From sequence record PZ583743.1: a stretch of 64,000 nt of DNA; one strand, 5' to 3'. A program made the translations under genes and the position numbers. Shown in pieces: positions 47,284 through 58,365 of this stretch. This DNA is from a phage. Under the pieces are notes generated by a model. It saw only the letters and a list, made by a program, of their open reading frames with translations, made no database searches and was not told the DNA's origin. Position 1 is the stretch's first letter, and every line of letters begins with the position of its first letter.

Positions 47284-49980
47284 TCAGCCAAACAGGAAGT
47301 CTAACGAGGCTTTTTCTTCATAGTCCATACCCGCTGACTCACACATACCCGCAAGCGGTTTAACAAACGATTTTTGGAACAAAGTTGAGTAATCAATCCA
47401 AGACAGTACATCAGAACGAATTTCTTTTGGAAGTTCCGTACCCGATGGCCAAGCAATGCACTTGTCACCAAATGGATTTCCCTCACGTAATGGAAGAACC
47501 ATTACTTTATTTCCATCCAAAATTGGAGCTACACCTAAACCGCTAACAGCTCGACGATAAGTTAGCACCCCACGAATGTGGAACGGGCATTTAAATCCTG
47601 GCCAACCTTTATCGTCATATTTCGCTATATCGTTCGCAGTTTTTACTTCAGCAATAACTTTATAGTCAAGTTGACGATATTCTTTCTCAAAGTTCTTATA
47701 GTATTCTTGGACAGACTCTTCACCTTCCTGAAGAATGCGACGAATACTTTCTTCGAGAGCTTCTTGTACTGCTTTTGGTGTTGAACTCTGCTGAGTTTCC
47801 ATACCCATGATTTTTAGATGTGGTTCAGCAAATCGTTTATCTTCCATATCATAAACGTTCAGAGCATAACGTTTTTTCGCTTTCCAAAATCCACCAACAC
47901 CCTTTGAACCAAGCGGAGGACAAGAAATAGCTTCACGGTCCATATGCATCAGATGCTCGCGGTTATTCATATAATCACATAACTCACGATATGCAACATC
48001 AATCATAGGTTCCATCTTTTTCTTACCGAACTGATTCATGAATTCAACTAAATCATTTTGTTCTTTAAAGCGGTCAAGACCTACTTTTTCAATAACTTTA
48101 TCTACACAAACATATACAGAATCAGTATCACCCGCTGCGATGAAATCTTCGCCATTAGTTCCACACACCTTATTCAAGTATTCATTAATTTTACGAGCAA
48201 TCCACTGAATACCAACTTGACCAAAAATTGTGATAGCAGTAGCATTTCGCAAATCATAATAACGGAAATGAATATTACCAAGAGCACCATAAAGACTGTT
48301 GATAAGAATTTTACGGTTTAGCTGATTTGTGTTAGCAAGAGTAGCTGCTTTTTCACATTCTTCAATCAAACTATTAAGAACAGATTCGGTGTAATTCGAT
48401 AATTCATTTAAGAAATCATCATTGAACTTAACATATCGTTCAACTTCTGGTTTAGTTGAACAAGACCCTGCACCTTTCATAATAATCTTTTTAATAGCTT
48501 CGGCATTCATTTCTTCAGCGAACATTTTCTTTTTCCAATCTTTACGCTGGAAAAATACTTTAGCGATTTCCTTTGGAATGATACCTTCTTGATGCTTATC
48601 ATACATCCATCCATTCGGAGAACAAGAATATTCATCGCTTGGCTTAGGAGCTGTTCCTGCGATATATTCATGAATTGGATGAACTTTGAACTGTCCACGA
48701 ATAGTTTCAGGACTAATGTTAACCTGACGAATAATGCTCGGATACAGAGACGTCAAGTCAAAACTCATAATGTATCGACGGGCAATCGGTTTAGGTTCAA
48801 ACACAAATGCACCTGGAAAACTCTGTTTAACGTGCGAACCTTGTTGAGGAATAACCTTATGTTCACCTTTCAATGAGTTAAAAATAATAGCATCCCAAGT
48901 TTTAATAGGACTCATTACACCAGAAAAAGGCATTTTAGCGTAATAAGACATACTTAAAACTAGATCGATAAACCCGCGAATTTTATCAATTGCTTGAACT
49001 GATTCTACGTCAATAATGTTATAACTAATGTATCGTTGATGATTAGTCTCACGAAGTTTATTAATAGGACCATCATATGGTAATTTACCTTTTTTGGTTT
49101 CATGTTGAGCAACTGATTCCAAAGAGAATGATGGCAAATTAGTAAATGCGAATTTCTTGTACAAATCTAAATAATCAAGAATAGATACGCCATCAATAGA
49201 ATAAATTTCTTTGCTACCGTACATATTTTGAATTAGTTTAGATTTTACTCGACCGATTGGAGAGAAGCGTTTCATACTACGTTCGCCGAGAACCATTTTA
49301 ACACGATTCATGATATACGGAACGTCAAATCCCTCAATATTCCAACCGGTAAAAATAGCAGGTCGTTTCTGTTCCCAGAGATTAATATATTCCATGAGCA
49401 TATCACGCTCATTATCAAATGGCATATAAATTACTCGGTCAAGAATTTCTTGAGGAACTTCATCACCACCTTCACAGTCAAGTTTAGCAGCTAACTTTGC
49501 ATCCCATTTTGATACTGAACCGTACATTGAATTCAACAAATCAAAGACGTAAAAACGGTCGTCAATTGAATCATAATGAGTGATAGCATCAATTTCATAT
49601 TCTGCTTTCATTGGGTCAGGAAATTTATCACCAGTAACCTCAATGTCACAGTTAGCTACACGAACAAATTTTCGGTCATAAACAATTTCTGAACCATACG
49701 TATCACTGATATAAGCGAGTTTAAAATCGTTCATACCGAGAGCTTCGAGACCGATGTCTTCCATTCGCTTCATCCAATCTCGTGCATCTTTCATTGATGG
49801 AAATTTTTGAGGAGCGCAGTTTTTACCGTAAATGTCTTTGTATTTTGATTCTTCCTTACAATGCCTAAACATAGTCGGAAGATATTCTACTTCGCGAGTA
49901 CGTTCCTTTCCATTTTCATCAATATAACGTTCAACAATATTATTTCCGACTGTTTCGATAGAGATATAAAATTCTTTCAT
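47284..49980 (-). CDS. 43: gp43 DNA polymerase (family B)
   Basis: 898 aa as in T4; N-terminus MKEFYISIETVGNNIVERYIDENGKERTREVEYLP. Confidence 0.95.
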   Translation of the reverse strand: MKEFYISIETVGNNIVERYIDENGKERTREVEYLPTMFRHCKEESKYKDIYGKNCAPQKFPSMKDARDWMKRMEDIGLEALGMNDFKLAYISDTYGSEIVYDRKFVRVANCDIEVTGDKFPDPMKAEYEIDAITHYDSIDDRFYVFDLLNSMYGSVSKWDAKLAAKLDCEGGDEVPQEILDRVIYMPFDNERDMLMEYINLWEQKRPAIFTGWNIEGFDVPYIMNRVKMVLGERSMKRFSPIGRVKSKLIQNMYGSKEIYSIDGVSILDYLDLYKKFAFTNLPSFSLESVAQHETKKGKLPYDGPINKLRETNHQRYISYNIIDVESVQAIDKIRGFIDLVLSMSYYAKMPFSGVMSPIKTWDAIIFNSLKGEHKVIPQQGSHVKQSFPGAFVFEPKPIARRYIMSFDLTSLYPSIIRQVNISPETIRGQFKVHPIHEYIAGTAPKPSDEYSCSPNGWMYDKHQEGIIPKEIAKVFFQRKDWKKKMFAEEMNAEAIKKIIMKGAGSCSTKPEVERYVKFNDDFLNELSNYTESVLNSLIEECEKAATLANTNQLNRKILINSLYGALGNIHFRYYDLRNATAITIFGQVGIQWIARKINEYLNKVCGTNGEDFIAAGDTDSVYVCVDKVIEKVGLDRFKEQNDLVEFMNQFGKKKMEPMIDVAYRELCDYMNNREHLMHMDREAISCPPLGSKGVGGFWKAKKRYALNVYDMEDKRFAEPHLKIMGMETQQSSTPKAVQEALEESIRRILQEGEESVQEYYKNFEKEYRQLDYKVIAEVKTANDIAKYDDKGWPGFKCPFHIRGVLTYRRAVSGLGVAPILDGNKVMVLPLREGNPFGDKCIAWPSGTELPKEIRSDVLSWIDYSTLFQKSFVKPLAGMCESAGMDYEEKASLDFLFG

Positions 49981-49982
49981 AG

Positions 49983-50018
49983 ATATTCCTTAGTTTATAG
50001 CCCGAGTTATTAGGCTCT
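49983..50018 (-). promoter_or_regulatory. gp43 translational operator (hairpin GAGCC-UAAUAACUC-GGGCU overlapping the SD)
   Basis: Minus-strand GAGCCTAATAACTCGGGCTATAAACTAAGGAATATCTATG read directly; matches the known T4 gene 43 operator. Confidence 0.8.
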
Positions 50019-50040
50019 TGATATATTATACTCCAAATAA

Positions 50041-50054
50041 GGGGCCGAAGCCCC
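50041..50054 (-). repeat. C(UUCG)G hairpin (GGGGC-UUCG-GCCCC) after regA
   Basis: Read directly. Confidence 0.6.
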
Positions 50055-50059
50055 TTTGC

Positions 50060-50428
50060 TTAATTACCAATCGTATATTTAGGAACGAGTTTCCATTCAT
50101 GTTTTTGCTTAAAAGAAATAACTCGGAAGTTATTAGTTAAGTCTTTCATAAAAGTTCTTTGACCGGGAGCGATTTCAATCAGTCCCCAATCTTCTAACAG
50201 CCATGCAATCGAATCACGACGAACTTCATCTTCTTCTGTCATTTCAACCTGGCGACCATCCATACGAAGCATTTCTTTAAAATGAACGATATAGTATAGT
50301 CCTTTTTTCTGGAGAATATGACAGGATTGATACAGAACTTTATCTTTATTATTAGCAATTCCCATACGAGTCAAAGTTTCTTTAACTTTCAGAAAATCTT
50401 CAGGTTTTTTAAGAGTAATTTCAATCAT
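50060..50428 (-). CDS. regA: RegA translational repressor
   Basis: 122 aa as in T4; N-terminus MIEITLKKPEDFLKVKETLTRMGIANNKDKVLYQSCHIL. Confidence 0.9.
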   Translation of the reverse strand: MIEITLKKPEDFLKVKETLTRMGIANNKDKVLYQSCHILQKKGLYYIVHFKEMLRMDGRQVEMTEEDEVRRDSIAWLLEDWGLIEIAPGQRTFMKDLTNNFRVISFKQKHEWKLVPKYTIGN

Positions 50429-50429
50429 T

Positions 50430-50993
50430 TTACCATTCCAATGCTAGTTTTTTGAGTTGTTTCTGTTCTTTTACATTCTTAGTCACTTCTTTCAAAAAAT
50501 CATCCGTGACTAAACCTTTTAGTTCTTTTAATACTAAAGGAAGTTTTCCATTTTTAGTAAGAATTGATTTATAGTTAATTGCATCATTTGTATTAACTTG
50601 ATACCGCTTAGCAAGTAACTTAATAATCAATACTTCGGTAGAATCTTCAACCAGTTTTGCCCATTTACCATATCTTTTACCACGAGGAACAGCAGCCATC
50701 AGATAATTAAAATGGGCTTCATCGCTTAAACCTGATCCAATTAAATTCATAGCATATACAGCTGGCATGCACTCCGGAAATTGTGATAATGCATTCTCAA
50801 CCATGTATTTTGAATAATCTTTTTGAGCAATAGAGCATTTAGTTTTATTATTAATAGCTCCAATTATTTCAAAAAACTCATTTTCAGCTTTTTCTTTAAA
50901 AGAATCAGCAGCAGATTGGACAGCTGTCCAATCTTTTGAATACCAAGCAACTTGATGCTCGTTTAATTGAATATCATCTTCAAATAAGCTCAT
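50430..50993 (-). CDS. 62: gp62 clamp loader small subunit
   Basis: 187 aa as in T4; synteny. Confidence 0.85.
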   Translation of the reverse strand: MSLFEDDIQLNEHQVAWYSKDWTAVQSAADSFKEKAENEFFEIIGAINNKTKCSIAQKDYSKYMVENALSQFPECMPAVYAMNLIGSGLSDEAHFNYLMAAVPRGKRYGKWAKLVEDSTEVLIIKLLAKRYQVNTNDAINYKSILTKNGKLPLVLKELKGLVTDDFLKEVTKNVKEQKQLKKLALEW

Positions 50994-50994
50994 A

Positions 50995-51954
50995 TCACTT
51001 CCACTGCATTTCGCATGCCAATTGAATGAAAAGATATGCTAAATGTAATTCCGTATTAGCCGCAATTCCATGATACTGGTTATTTTCACCAACAATTTCA
51101 TACATACGAATAATACTTTGCGGAGTTACGCGTGTATAGATTTCTTCAGCAAGTTTACCAACGAACCACGAATAATCAGCCGCATATTTTGGTGCTAAAG
51201 CTCTGAGTTGTTTAACATCTTTATTTTTGAGAGACTCAAGAACATCATCAATAGCACCACGATCGTTAGTAACCAGTGATAAAATACCAGCATCCAAAAC
51301 ACCTTTAGATGAATAACTATCGAGCTCGCCGATAGTTTTACGAAAATCAGGAAAATTCTTTTTAACCAAAGCTGCTACAACTTTCATATCAGCTATAGCA
51401 ATTCCTTCACGCTTACAGATTTCAGTCAATCGACGAATCATCTGCTTCATCATTTCAATTTTATCTTCATCGGTCGGTTGACCGAACGTAATAACTCGGC
51501 AGCGTGACTGAAGCGGTTTAATAATACCATCAATATTGTTAGCAGTAATAATAATACTACAGTTTGAACTATAAGCTTCCATAAAGGAACGAAGATGTCG
51601 CTGAGACTCTGCTAATCCTGAACGGTCAAATTCATCAATAACGATTACTTTTTGACGACCATCAAATGAAGCTGCGCTAGCAAAATTAGTCAAAGGACCG
51701 CGAACGAAATCAATTTTACAATCTGACCCATTCACAAACATCATATCAGCATTTACGTCATGACACAATGCTTTTGCTACGGTTGTTTTACCTGTTCCTG
51801 GAGAAGGAGAATGAAGAATAATATGTGGAATCTTACCTTTACTTGTAATAGATTTAAAGGTTTCTTTATCAAAGGCGGGAAGAATACATTCATCGATAGT
51901 AGATGGACGATATTTCTGTTCAAGAATGTGTTCTTTTTCATTTACAGTAATCAT
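50995..51954 (-). CDS. 44: gp44 clamp loader ATPase subunit
   Basis: ATG at 51954 gives 319 aa [18 protein letters not shown]; Walker [11 protein letters not shown]. Confidence 0.9.
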   Translation of the reverse strand: MITVNEKEHILEQKYRPSTIDECILPAFDKETFKSITSKGKIPHIILHSPSPGTGKTTVAKALCHDVNADMMFVNGSDCKIDFVRGPLTNFASAASFDGRQKVIVIDEFDRSGLAESQRHLRSFMEAYSSNCSIIITANNIDGIIKPLQSRCRVITFGQPTDEDKIEMMKQMIRRLTEICKREGIAIADMKVVAALVKKNFPDFRKTIGELDSYSSKGVLDAGILSLVTNDRGAIDDVLESLKNKDVKQLRALAPKYAADYSWFVGKLAEEIYTRVTPQSIIRMYEIVGENNQYHGIAANTELHLAYLFIQLACEMQWK

Positions 51955-51988
51955 AATTTCCTCATTCAAGTTTTAGTGTAAATTATAA

Positions 51989-52002
51989 AGGGCCGAAGCC
52001 CT
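51989..52002 (-). repeat. C(UUCG)G hairpin between 45 and 44
   Basis: agggccgaagccct read directly. Confidence 0.6.
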
Positions 52003-52005
52003 CTA

Positions 52006-52692
52006 TTAAAAATCGTGGGTAGAATCAGCTTCAAGAGCTACTACATAATTCGCATGTTCACCTTCAAATTTAGCAGCGCCTTGTTTACCTTTTGCCCAGA
52101 GCAGAAGTTTATAATTTCCTGGTTGCATTTTCATATTTGCCATATTGATAATGAAATTAAATGTATTTTCACCATCATAATCACCAAGAGTCAAAGAATA
52201 TTTAACACGGGTCAGAGCAGAATCTTCTACTTTATTAAAACCGTTAATTACGATTTTACCTTCTTTTACCGTGATAGCAATTGTATCAATTTGCAGACCA
52301 CGAGATACACGCAACAGTTGTTGAAGGTCTTCAGCTTTAATTTCAGTAACAACAGATGCTACTGGGAATGGAATTGGTTTATTAGGAGCAACTACTGTAC
52401 TCGGATCAGCTGCTGGCCAAAAAATTGTTGAACGAGCATCAGCAATTTTAATATTTCCATCTTCTGACTGGGAAATTTCTGCATCATCATTAACTAGAGA
52501 CAGAATACCGAGAAAACCGTTCAAATCGTAAATTGCTACATCAAAATCAATAGTGTCAGAAATATTTGCTTCTGCATAAGTTGTACCATTAACCGCGCGA
52601 GTCATAATAAATTGACCGGATTTAAGCATAATACCGGAGTTAATAGTAGCGAAATTTTTAAGCAGAGCAGTAGTATCTTTAGACAGTTTCAT
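52006..52692 (-). CDS. 45: gp45 sliding clamp
   Basis: 228 aa as in T4; N-terminus MKLSKDTTALLKNFATINSGIML. Confidence 0.9.
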   Translation of the reverse strand: MKLSKDTTALLKNFATINSGIMLKSGQFIMTRAVNGTTYAEANISDTIDFDVAIYDLNGFLGILSLVNDDAEISQSEDGNIKIADARSTIFWPAADPSTVVAPNKPIPFPVASVVTEIKAEDLQQLLRVSRGLQIDTIAITVKEGKIVINGFNKVEDSALTRVKYSLTLGDYDGENTFNFIINMANMKMQPGNYKLLLWAKGKQGAAKFEGEHANYVVALEADSTHDF

Positions 52693-52719
52693 GTAATTTC
52701 CTTCAATTCAAATGAGATT

Positions 52720-52750
52720 TAATTTTATAACTAATTTAATAAAGCAATTA
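52720..52750 (-). promoter_or_regulatory. Middle promoter for gene 45 (MotA box TTGCTTTA, 12-nt spacer, TAAAAT)
   Basis: Minus-strand aTTGCTTTAttaaattagttaTAAAAT; matches MotA-box middle promoter architecture. Confidence 0.65.
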
Positions 52751-53137
52751 ACGATTAAAATCAGCAGCAATTGTTTCCGCAACAATTTGAGCAGCAACAA
52801 TTAGACGTTCATCTGCATTACCGCAATAATCATCTTCAAGGCGTTCACCACATGAAGTCATAATAAATTTAGCACCAGCATTTAGAGATTCTGTCGTATG
52901 TTTGCGCATCAGTTCAATCCATTTATCACTCACTTCACGATCGATAGCTTCATAATATGCATGACGAGCAGGTGCAGATTTAATTTTGTTCTGAATAACT
53001 TCCATTGCGTTATCAGAAAGAGACAAAACCCATGCTCGACGAATTTTATTTTGGTTTTGCGGATTTGATTCAGAACGCACGTGTTTTGGCTGGATATCTT
53101 TTACATCAACAGTATAATTCACAGTAATTTTAGTCAT
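52748..53137 (-). CDS. rpbA: RpbA RNA polymerase-binding protein
   Basis: 129 aa as in T4; synteny. Confidence 0.8.
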   Translation of the reverse strand: MTKITVNYTVDVKDIQPKHVRSESNPQNQNKIRRAWVLSLSDNAMEVIQNKIKSAPARHAYYEAIDREVSDKWIELMRKHTTESLNAGAKFIMTSCGERLEDDYCGNADERLIVAAQIVAETIAADFNR

Positions 53138-53146
53138 AATACACCT

Positions 53147-53335
53147 TTAGTCATAATAATCAGTAACAGTCCAAGCTTCATTTCTGTTGGACATTATTTT
53201 CGTATATTCTGCTTTAAATGCATTCTTAAGCATAGATTCAGTAACTATATGCTCTTCATTAGAAAAATTATTTCTCAGAATATATCGTTTTATTTCAGGA
53301 ATAGTTAATAGATGCTGTCCAGTTGAATATTCCAT
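53147..53335 (-). CDS. Hypothetical protein (62 aa)
   Basis: ORF track. Confidence 0.45.
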   Translation of the reverse strand: MEYSTGQHLLTIPEIKRYILRNNFSNEEHIVTESMLKNAFKAEYTKIMSNRNEAWTVTDYYD

Positions 53336-53390
53336 GTTTTTCCTCCATAGAGATTATACTCTAATAAATTAAAGCATAATCTCTTATAAA

Positions 53391-55073
53391 TTAAACCATT
53401 ACAGTAAATCGACCAACTTTCTTCATTTGAAGATGCTGACCATATTCTTGTGGGTCATGGTCTTTGTGCGAAATTATAAAAACATTAGTATTTTTCATTG
53501 AATTTATAATATTCGCTACACCTTTAATACCTTCGGCATCAAATGACCCATCAAACACTTCATCAAGAATTAATGTACTAATACTAACACCAGATACAAT
53601 AGAAGCAATATCACGCCAAGTAAATAAAAGAGCAATATCGATTCGTGCCTTTTCACCTTCACTAAATGAAGCATAACTAAAATCTTCACGACCACGGGAT
53701 TTAATTGTCTCATTAAATTCTTCATCTAATGTAAACACATAATCCGCTTCCATTATTTTAAGATAATAGTTAATCTGCTTATTAAATAATGGAATGTACT
53801 TTTTAATAATAGCACCTTTAATACCAGAATCTTTGAGCATGTCAGTCAAAATTCCTCTGTGGTATTTTTCCATTACTAAATTAGTTTTTGTCTTAACAAT
53901 TTTATCAAGTTCTTCTTGAAGCAGTGCTATTTCATCAGCATGGTCAATAAACTCGGATGATGCTTTTTCTATAGCCGCTTTAACTTTTTTAGCTTTATCT
54001 ACCGTCGTGATTAAGGATTGCTTTTTATTGCGAATATCATTTGCCAATGACTGCTGAGTCTTAATATTATCTCGGTATTCATCAACAAGAACTTTTAAAT
54101 TATCACGATGTGTTGAAAGCTGTTCAAACGAATGCGTGCATTCAGAAACTTTATCTTTAATTTTAGAAACAACTTTATCACCGGAACTTAACTGTGACAA
54201 ACAAGTTGGACATAATCCACCTTCGTGATACATATTAATGACTTTATTATACGAGTCAATTTTTGATTTAATTAAAAATGCTTCTTGACCGATTTTATTA
54301 AATGCATCAGTCGGGTCTTCATCCAAAACAATATTAACTAATCTTTCATTAGCTTCTTCTATTTCCGATTTTAGCGTTCTAGCTTCTTTTGCCAAATCAT
54401 CATACATATTCTGCAGACGAGTAAGGTTATCACCAGTTAATTTTTTCTGGCGTTCAACATTATCGTTATATATTTTAATTTGTTGGATAATACTATCTTT
54501 TTTAACATCAAGCACTTGGTTTTGTGAATTTAATTCACGTATTAGTGCTTTATTAAGCTTATCCATTTCAGCTAATGTTCCTACTTCGAGCAGGTCTTCG
54601 ACAAGCTTTCTTCTTGCAGGAGTGGATAGGCCCATGAAAGGGGTATATCCAGCCGTGCCGAGTACGACGATCTGTTTGAAACTGGCGTATGACATTCCGA
54701 TAAGCTGTTCAAATTCTGCTTGGAAATCTTTACTGCTGGCAGATTCATTAAGACGTGTACCGTTAACGGTGATTTCGAAAACATTCGGTTTTTGTCCTCT
54801 TTTGATATAGTACTTTTTTTCATCATATTCCATCCACAGTTCAACTAAAAGTTCTTTCTTATTTGTGCTGTTTATTAATTGGCCTTTCTTTACATCACGG
54901 AATGGCTTGCCAAAAAGCCCAAATGTGATGGCTTCTAACATAGTAGACTTACCACCGCCATTTCGCCCAGTAATAAGAGTTTTTTGAACCTTATCTAATT
55001 GAATGTCAATAGGATTTCCACCTACTGACATTATATTTTGATACCTAACTCGGTTTAGTTTAAAATTCTTCAC
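53391..55073 (-). CDS. 46: gp46 recombination nuclease ATPase subunit (Rad50/SbcC-like)
   Basis: 560 aa as in T4; Walker A GRNGGGKST; coiled-coil centre with CPTC zinc hook. Confidence 0.9.
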   Translation of the reverse strand: MKNFKLNRVRYQNIMSVGGNPIDIQLDKVQKTLITGRNGGGKSTMLEAITFGLFGKPFRDVKKGQLINSTNKKELLVELWMEYDEKKYYIKRGQKPNVFEITVNGTRLNESASSKDFQAEFEQLIGMSYASFKQIVVLGTAGYTPFMGLSTPARRKLVEDLLEVGTLAEMDKLNKALIRELNSQNQVLDVKKDSIIQQIKIYNDNVERQKKLTGDNLTRLQNMYDDLAKEARTLKSEIEEANERLVNIVLDEDPTDAFNKIGQEAFLIKSKIDSYNKVINMYHEGGLCPTCLSQLSSGDKVVSKIKDKVSECTHSFEQLSTHRDNLKVLVDEYRDNIKTQQSLANDIRNKKQSLITTVDKAKKVKAAIEKASSEFIDHADEIALLQEELDKIVKTKTNLVMEKYHRGILTDMLKDSGIKGAIIKKYIPLFNKQINYYLKIMEADYVFTLDEEFNETIKSRGREDFSYASFSEGEKARIDIALLFTWRDIASIVSGVSISTLILDEVFDGSFDAEGIKGVANIINSMKNTNVFIISHKDHDPQEYGQHLQMKKVGRFTVMV

Positions 55074-55333
55074 AAAAGATTCCTTTTAATGTATCTTTTA
55101 GACCATTCTATCATATCATCATAATCTAAAAAGTATTCATCAAATTCAGCCATGCAAACAACACCTTGTGCTGCTTTTGATGTGATATAAATTATTCCAA
55201 CATATCTAGAATCTTCTTCGGTGTAATCAATATTTGCTATGAATTCATCGTTAATGTCAAATGTCGAAAACTTCACAGTATGCATCCTTAATACAAGATA
55301 CAGCCATATCTTGTAATGATTTAGGTGTGTCAT
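55070..55333 (-). CDS. Hypothetical protein (87 aa or shorter), 46.1-like
   Basis: ORF track; overlaps next ORF. Confidence 0.4.
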   Translation of the reverse strand: MTHLNHYKIWLYLVLRMHTVKFSTFDINDEFIANIDYTEEDSRYVGIIYITSKAAQGVVCMAEFDEYFLDYDDMIEWSKRYIKRNLL

Positions 55334-55520
55334 TATCTAAAATGTTGAAGTTAAAAGATACAGCCCAGTCAGTGCAGACCGTGACCTTTTTAATACAATT
55401 ATCTTCAACCTCTAGTGGTTCAAACCAGTATTCAATAATTTCTTTATGACCAATATCATCTTTTACTTCACATTCAAAATGCTGACTCATCATAACATTT
55501 TTAAATTCATCAAAAGTCAT
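55257..55520 (-). CDS. Hypothetical protein (87 aa), 46.2-like
   Basis: ORF track. Confidence 0.45.
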   Translation of the reverse strand: MTFDEFKNVMMSQHFECEVKDDIGHKEIIEYWFEPLEVEDNCIKKVTVCTDWAVSFNFNILDNDTPKSLQDMAVSCIKDAYCEVFDI

Positions 55521-56536
55521 TGTGTTGCCTCTACATATAACTGATTTGCATATTGAATAAGTGCTTCACGGTCAGAATCAGTGATGTCTGGAATTGCATT
55601 AATGTATTCTTCCATCAACGTCTGAAGAGATTGAACTTCAACTTCTTCACTATCATCTGACTCGACAGAGTTATCAATCTTTGACACAACTCGTAATGAA
55701 TGCACAACTTTTTCTAGTTCAGATTCGAACTTCGTCAGATTTTTGTCTACTTCAGTTACTATAACACGTACTGATAGATTTGTAAAATCTTTATAGTCAA
55801 TTTTTCCTTTAAATGGATAATGAATTCTACGATGCCAGGTAGTATTGTTTGGAATAAATTCCATTCGTTCTGTTTCTGTATCAAACATCCAGAACCCACG
55901 AGGGTCATTCTCGTCACCTGCAGTTAGTGTCCATGGTGTCCCAATATATCTGACGTTTGCAGCCTCAGAAATAGTATGGAAGTGACCAGACCACACTTCT
56001 TTATAAGTCTTAAGGAAATCAGGTTCAAGACCGTGAGATTTCATTCCTTTATAAAAATAAAATCCATTCAGTTCCCAGTGACCAACACAAAAAGAAGCAG
56101 ATGAAGTTTTGATATGCTCAAGAATTTCACCAGTATTTTCTTCACACATCCAAGGAATTAAATCAATCAAACATCCGTCAAAATCTACTGTAGTAGGCTT
56201 ATCATATACTTTAACATTAGGATATTTAGCCAAAAGCTCAGTAGAGGCATTTGGATGCATTACATTTTTATAGTGGAGATCGTGATTTCCTACAATAGTG
56301 TGTAATGTAATTCCAGCATCATCAAGCGTTTGAACTATTTCACGGGCAAACTCCATAGTTTTATGTGTGATCGCTTTTCGCACATCAAAAATATCACCAT
56401 ATTGAATCCAGGTAGTAATTCCATTTTTCTTAGAATATTCTATTGCTTGTTTAATTCCATCAATTTGAATACCGCGAATCCACTCATCATCAGCTTTAAC
56501 GCCTAAATGCCAATCACCTAAATTTAAAATTTTCAT
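55517..56536 (-). CDS. 47: gp47 recombination nuclease subunit (Mre11/SbcD-like phosphoesterase)
   Basis: 339 aa as in T4; metallophosphatase motifs DWHLG, GNHD. Confidence 0.9.
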   Translation of the reverse strand: MKILNLGDWHLGVKADDEWIRGIQIDGIKQAIEYSKKNGITTWIQYGDIFDVRKAITHKTMEFAREIVQTLDDAGITLHTIVGNHDLHYKNVMHPNASTELLAKYPNVKVYDKPTTVDFDGCLIDLIPWMCEENTGEILEHIKTSSASFCVGHWELNGFYFYKGMKSHGLEPDFLKTYKEVWSGHFHTISEAANVRYIGTPWTLTAGDENDPRGFWMFDTETERMEFIPNNTTWHRRIHYPFKGKIDYKDFTNLSVRVIVTEVDKNLTKFESELEKVVHSLRVVSKIDNSVESDDSEEVEVQSLQTLMEEYINAIPDITDSDREALIQYANQLYVEATQ

Positions 56537-56673
56537 ATATCAAGAACCGTCATTGAAATGCAAAATAAAATTATTGAAATAAATCCATCTGGAGTGCTAA
56601 AGAACCCAATCCAACATGCTCTAGTGAATAGATAAAATGCAAGAAAAAGTATCACATATCCAAGAAATATCAT
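56533..56673 (-). CDS. Small membrane protein (46 aa) coupled to gene 47
   Basis: Manual translation MIFLGYVILFLAFYLFTRACWIGFF...; stop overlaps 47 ATG (ATGA). Confidence 0.45.
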   Translation of the reverse strand: MIFLGYVILFLAFYLFTRACWIGFFSTPDGFISIILFCISMTVLDI

Positions 56674-56698
56674 TATATCAAACTCCGTATAAAGCTAA

Positions 56699-56712
56699 AG
56701 GGCCGAAGCCCT
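56699..56712 (-). repeat. C(UUCG)G hairpin abutting a-gt stop
   Basis: agggccgaagccct read directly. Confidence 0.6.
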
Positions 56713-57915
56713 TTATTTTGTAATAATGTCAAACTGTTCTTTAAAGCAGAAGCTTGAATCTTGATGCTGATACAAAAATTCATATGCTTTTTCTCGCTCA
56801 CGGTCGTAAAGAGCTCGATCAGATGACAATTCTTTAATACGTTCAAATGTTGATTCCATGTCATTTTCATCAAACCAAATGATACCGCTATCATGTGAGG
56901 TCAAAGGAGTATTATCAACACGGAATTTTAAATTATCACCCGTTGATTTCCAGAAAACAGGAATTGTACCGCAAGCACCTAATTCAAGATGAGTATATTC
57001 GAGTGAGCGTTGTAAGTATTTCTGGTTAAGTTTACTCAACTGATATCCAAAGCCAGATTTACTCATTCGTTCAAGCATTTCACTATTAATATAACAATCT
57101 AGGATTTGTGCCGGTTGATTCGGCGCGAGATTCATTTTATCAATCTCACGATTACCGTAATATTCATACGGAATACCTTTTTCCTTAATTGCAATAAAAG
57201 CAGGGGAACGTTCAAGACCTTCCATTACAGTGGATTTACCGGCAGGTTTTAAGAATTTTTCATGAAAATCAAACATCTGATAAAAACCCTTCCATGTAGT
57301 CGTACGACCAATCCAACGGTTGATGTTCATGTTAATTTCAGAAACATCTTTCCAATAAGTTGACCGAACCTTCACAATATCCATAGGAGGCTGAAAGTTA
57401 TATACTGTCGGTGCTTCTTCAATATCATCAAACAGAGAAACAGTTTCTGGATACCATTCTTTCATCAGAACTTTATTAAAATCACCATTATCAGAATGGC
57501 TAAAAATAACATCAGCTCGACGAACAGTTTCTTCTAATCCCAAATTTCGACGCAAAGAAAGAACAGAATGATCATGCTGATAAACTACAACACGAATAGA
57601 AGGTTTAATATTATCTAAAAGTTTTTTATAGTTATTAATCGTGGCTTCTTGAACGGAAGTAGCAGGAACAGAATTAATAATTAAAATATCACAATCATTA
57701 ATCAGTTTAAGTGCTTTATCGTATTCTTTAGCTAAAATAACTGGAATTGAAAATGATTTGTGGTCATGAGAACTTGTACGAGTAAATGATTTATCTTTAG
57801 CATAAACTAGAGTTACTTCATGGCCATTTTTAATGAACCAATCACGCTGCTCAAGAGAAAATTTAGTTACACCACAACCTTCAAGACCTCGAGCCATAAA
57901 AATGCATACTTTCAT
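56713..57915 (-). CDS. a-gt: Alpha-glucosyltransferase
   Basis: 400 aa as in T4; N-terminus MKVCIFMARGLEGCGVTKFSLEQRDWFIKNGHEV. Confidence 0.9.
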   Translation of the reverse strand: MKVCIFMARGLEGCGVTKFSLEQRDWFIKNGHEVTLVYAKDKSFTRTSSHDHKSFSIPVILAKEYDKALKLINDCDILIINSVPATSVQEATINNYKKLLDNIKPSIRVVVYQHDHSVLSLRRNLGLEETVRRADVIFSHSDNGDFNKVLMKEWYPETVSLFDDIEEAPTVYNFQPPMDIVKVRSTYWKDVSEINMNINRWIGRTTTWKGFYQMFDFHEKFLKPAGKSTVMEGLERSPAFIAIKEKGIPYEYYGNREIDKMNLAPNQPAQILDCYINSEMLERMSKSGFGYQLSKLNQKYLQRSLEYTHLELGACGTIPVFWKSTGDNLKFRVDNTPLTSHDSGIIWFDENDMESTFERIKELSSDRALYDREREKAYEFLYQHQDSSFCFKEQFDIITK

Positions 57916-58158
57916 TTAATATCCTCATTGTTTTGGTTTATTTTACCAAAAATTTATAAAGCAATATAGGAGCCGAAGCTCCTATCCGCATAATACGCCA
58001 TACAGAGGCTCATTAGAGCTTCTAAATTTTATGCGCTTATATGTTATAGTTCCTTCTGCTTTAGCTTTATCGTGAGCCTCTTTAAAGCATCTCATCATTT
58101 CTACTTTAGAGGAACGAATTTTATTATAATCTATTTCAGAAGTCTGGGTGTTCATCTT

Positions 58159-58365
58159 TCACAGTTGCCACCATTTTTTGACTTGATAAGAATCAACCCA
58201 CACTTTCATATTAGGGTCTGCTCTTACAATAGGAGGATTAACTTCTTTGATTGAACTATCATGGTATTCTTTTTCAGAAATTTTCACGCAAAGATGACCG
58301 TTCAAAGATTCAGTAAATCCTGCATTAATTTTAAGACGCTTGAATTTTACGTGTGTAAGCATCAA
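58159..58365 (-). CDS. Hypothetical protein (68 aa)
   Basis: ORF track. Confidence 0.4.
   Translation of the reverse strand: MMLTHVKFKRLKINAGFTESLNGHLCVKISEKEYHDSSIKEVNPPIVRADPNMKVWVDSYQVKKWWQL

Noticed and set aside
56673-56894. 73-aa ORF overlapping the 3' end of a-gt
   Set aside because: Alternative frame inside a-gt; the separate 46-aa ORF at 56533..56673 coupled to gene 47 is the more plausible small gene here.
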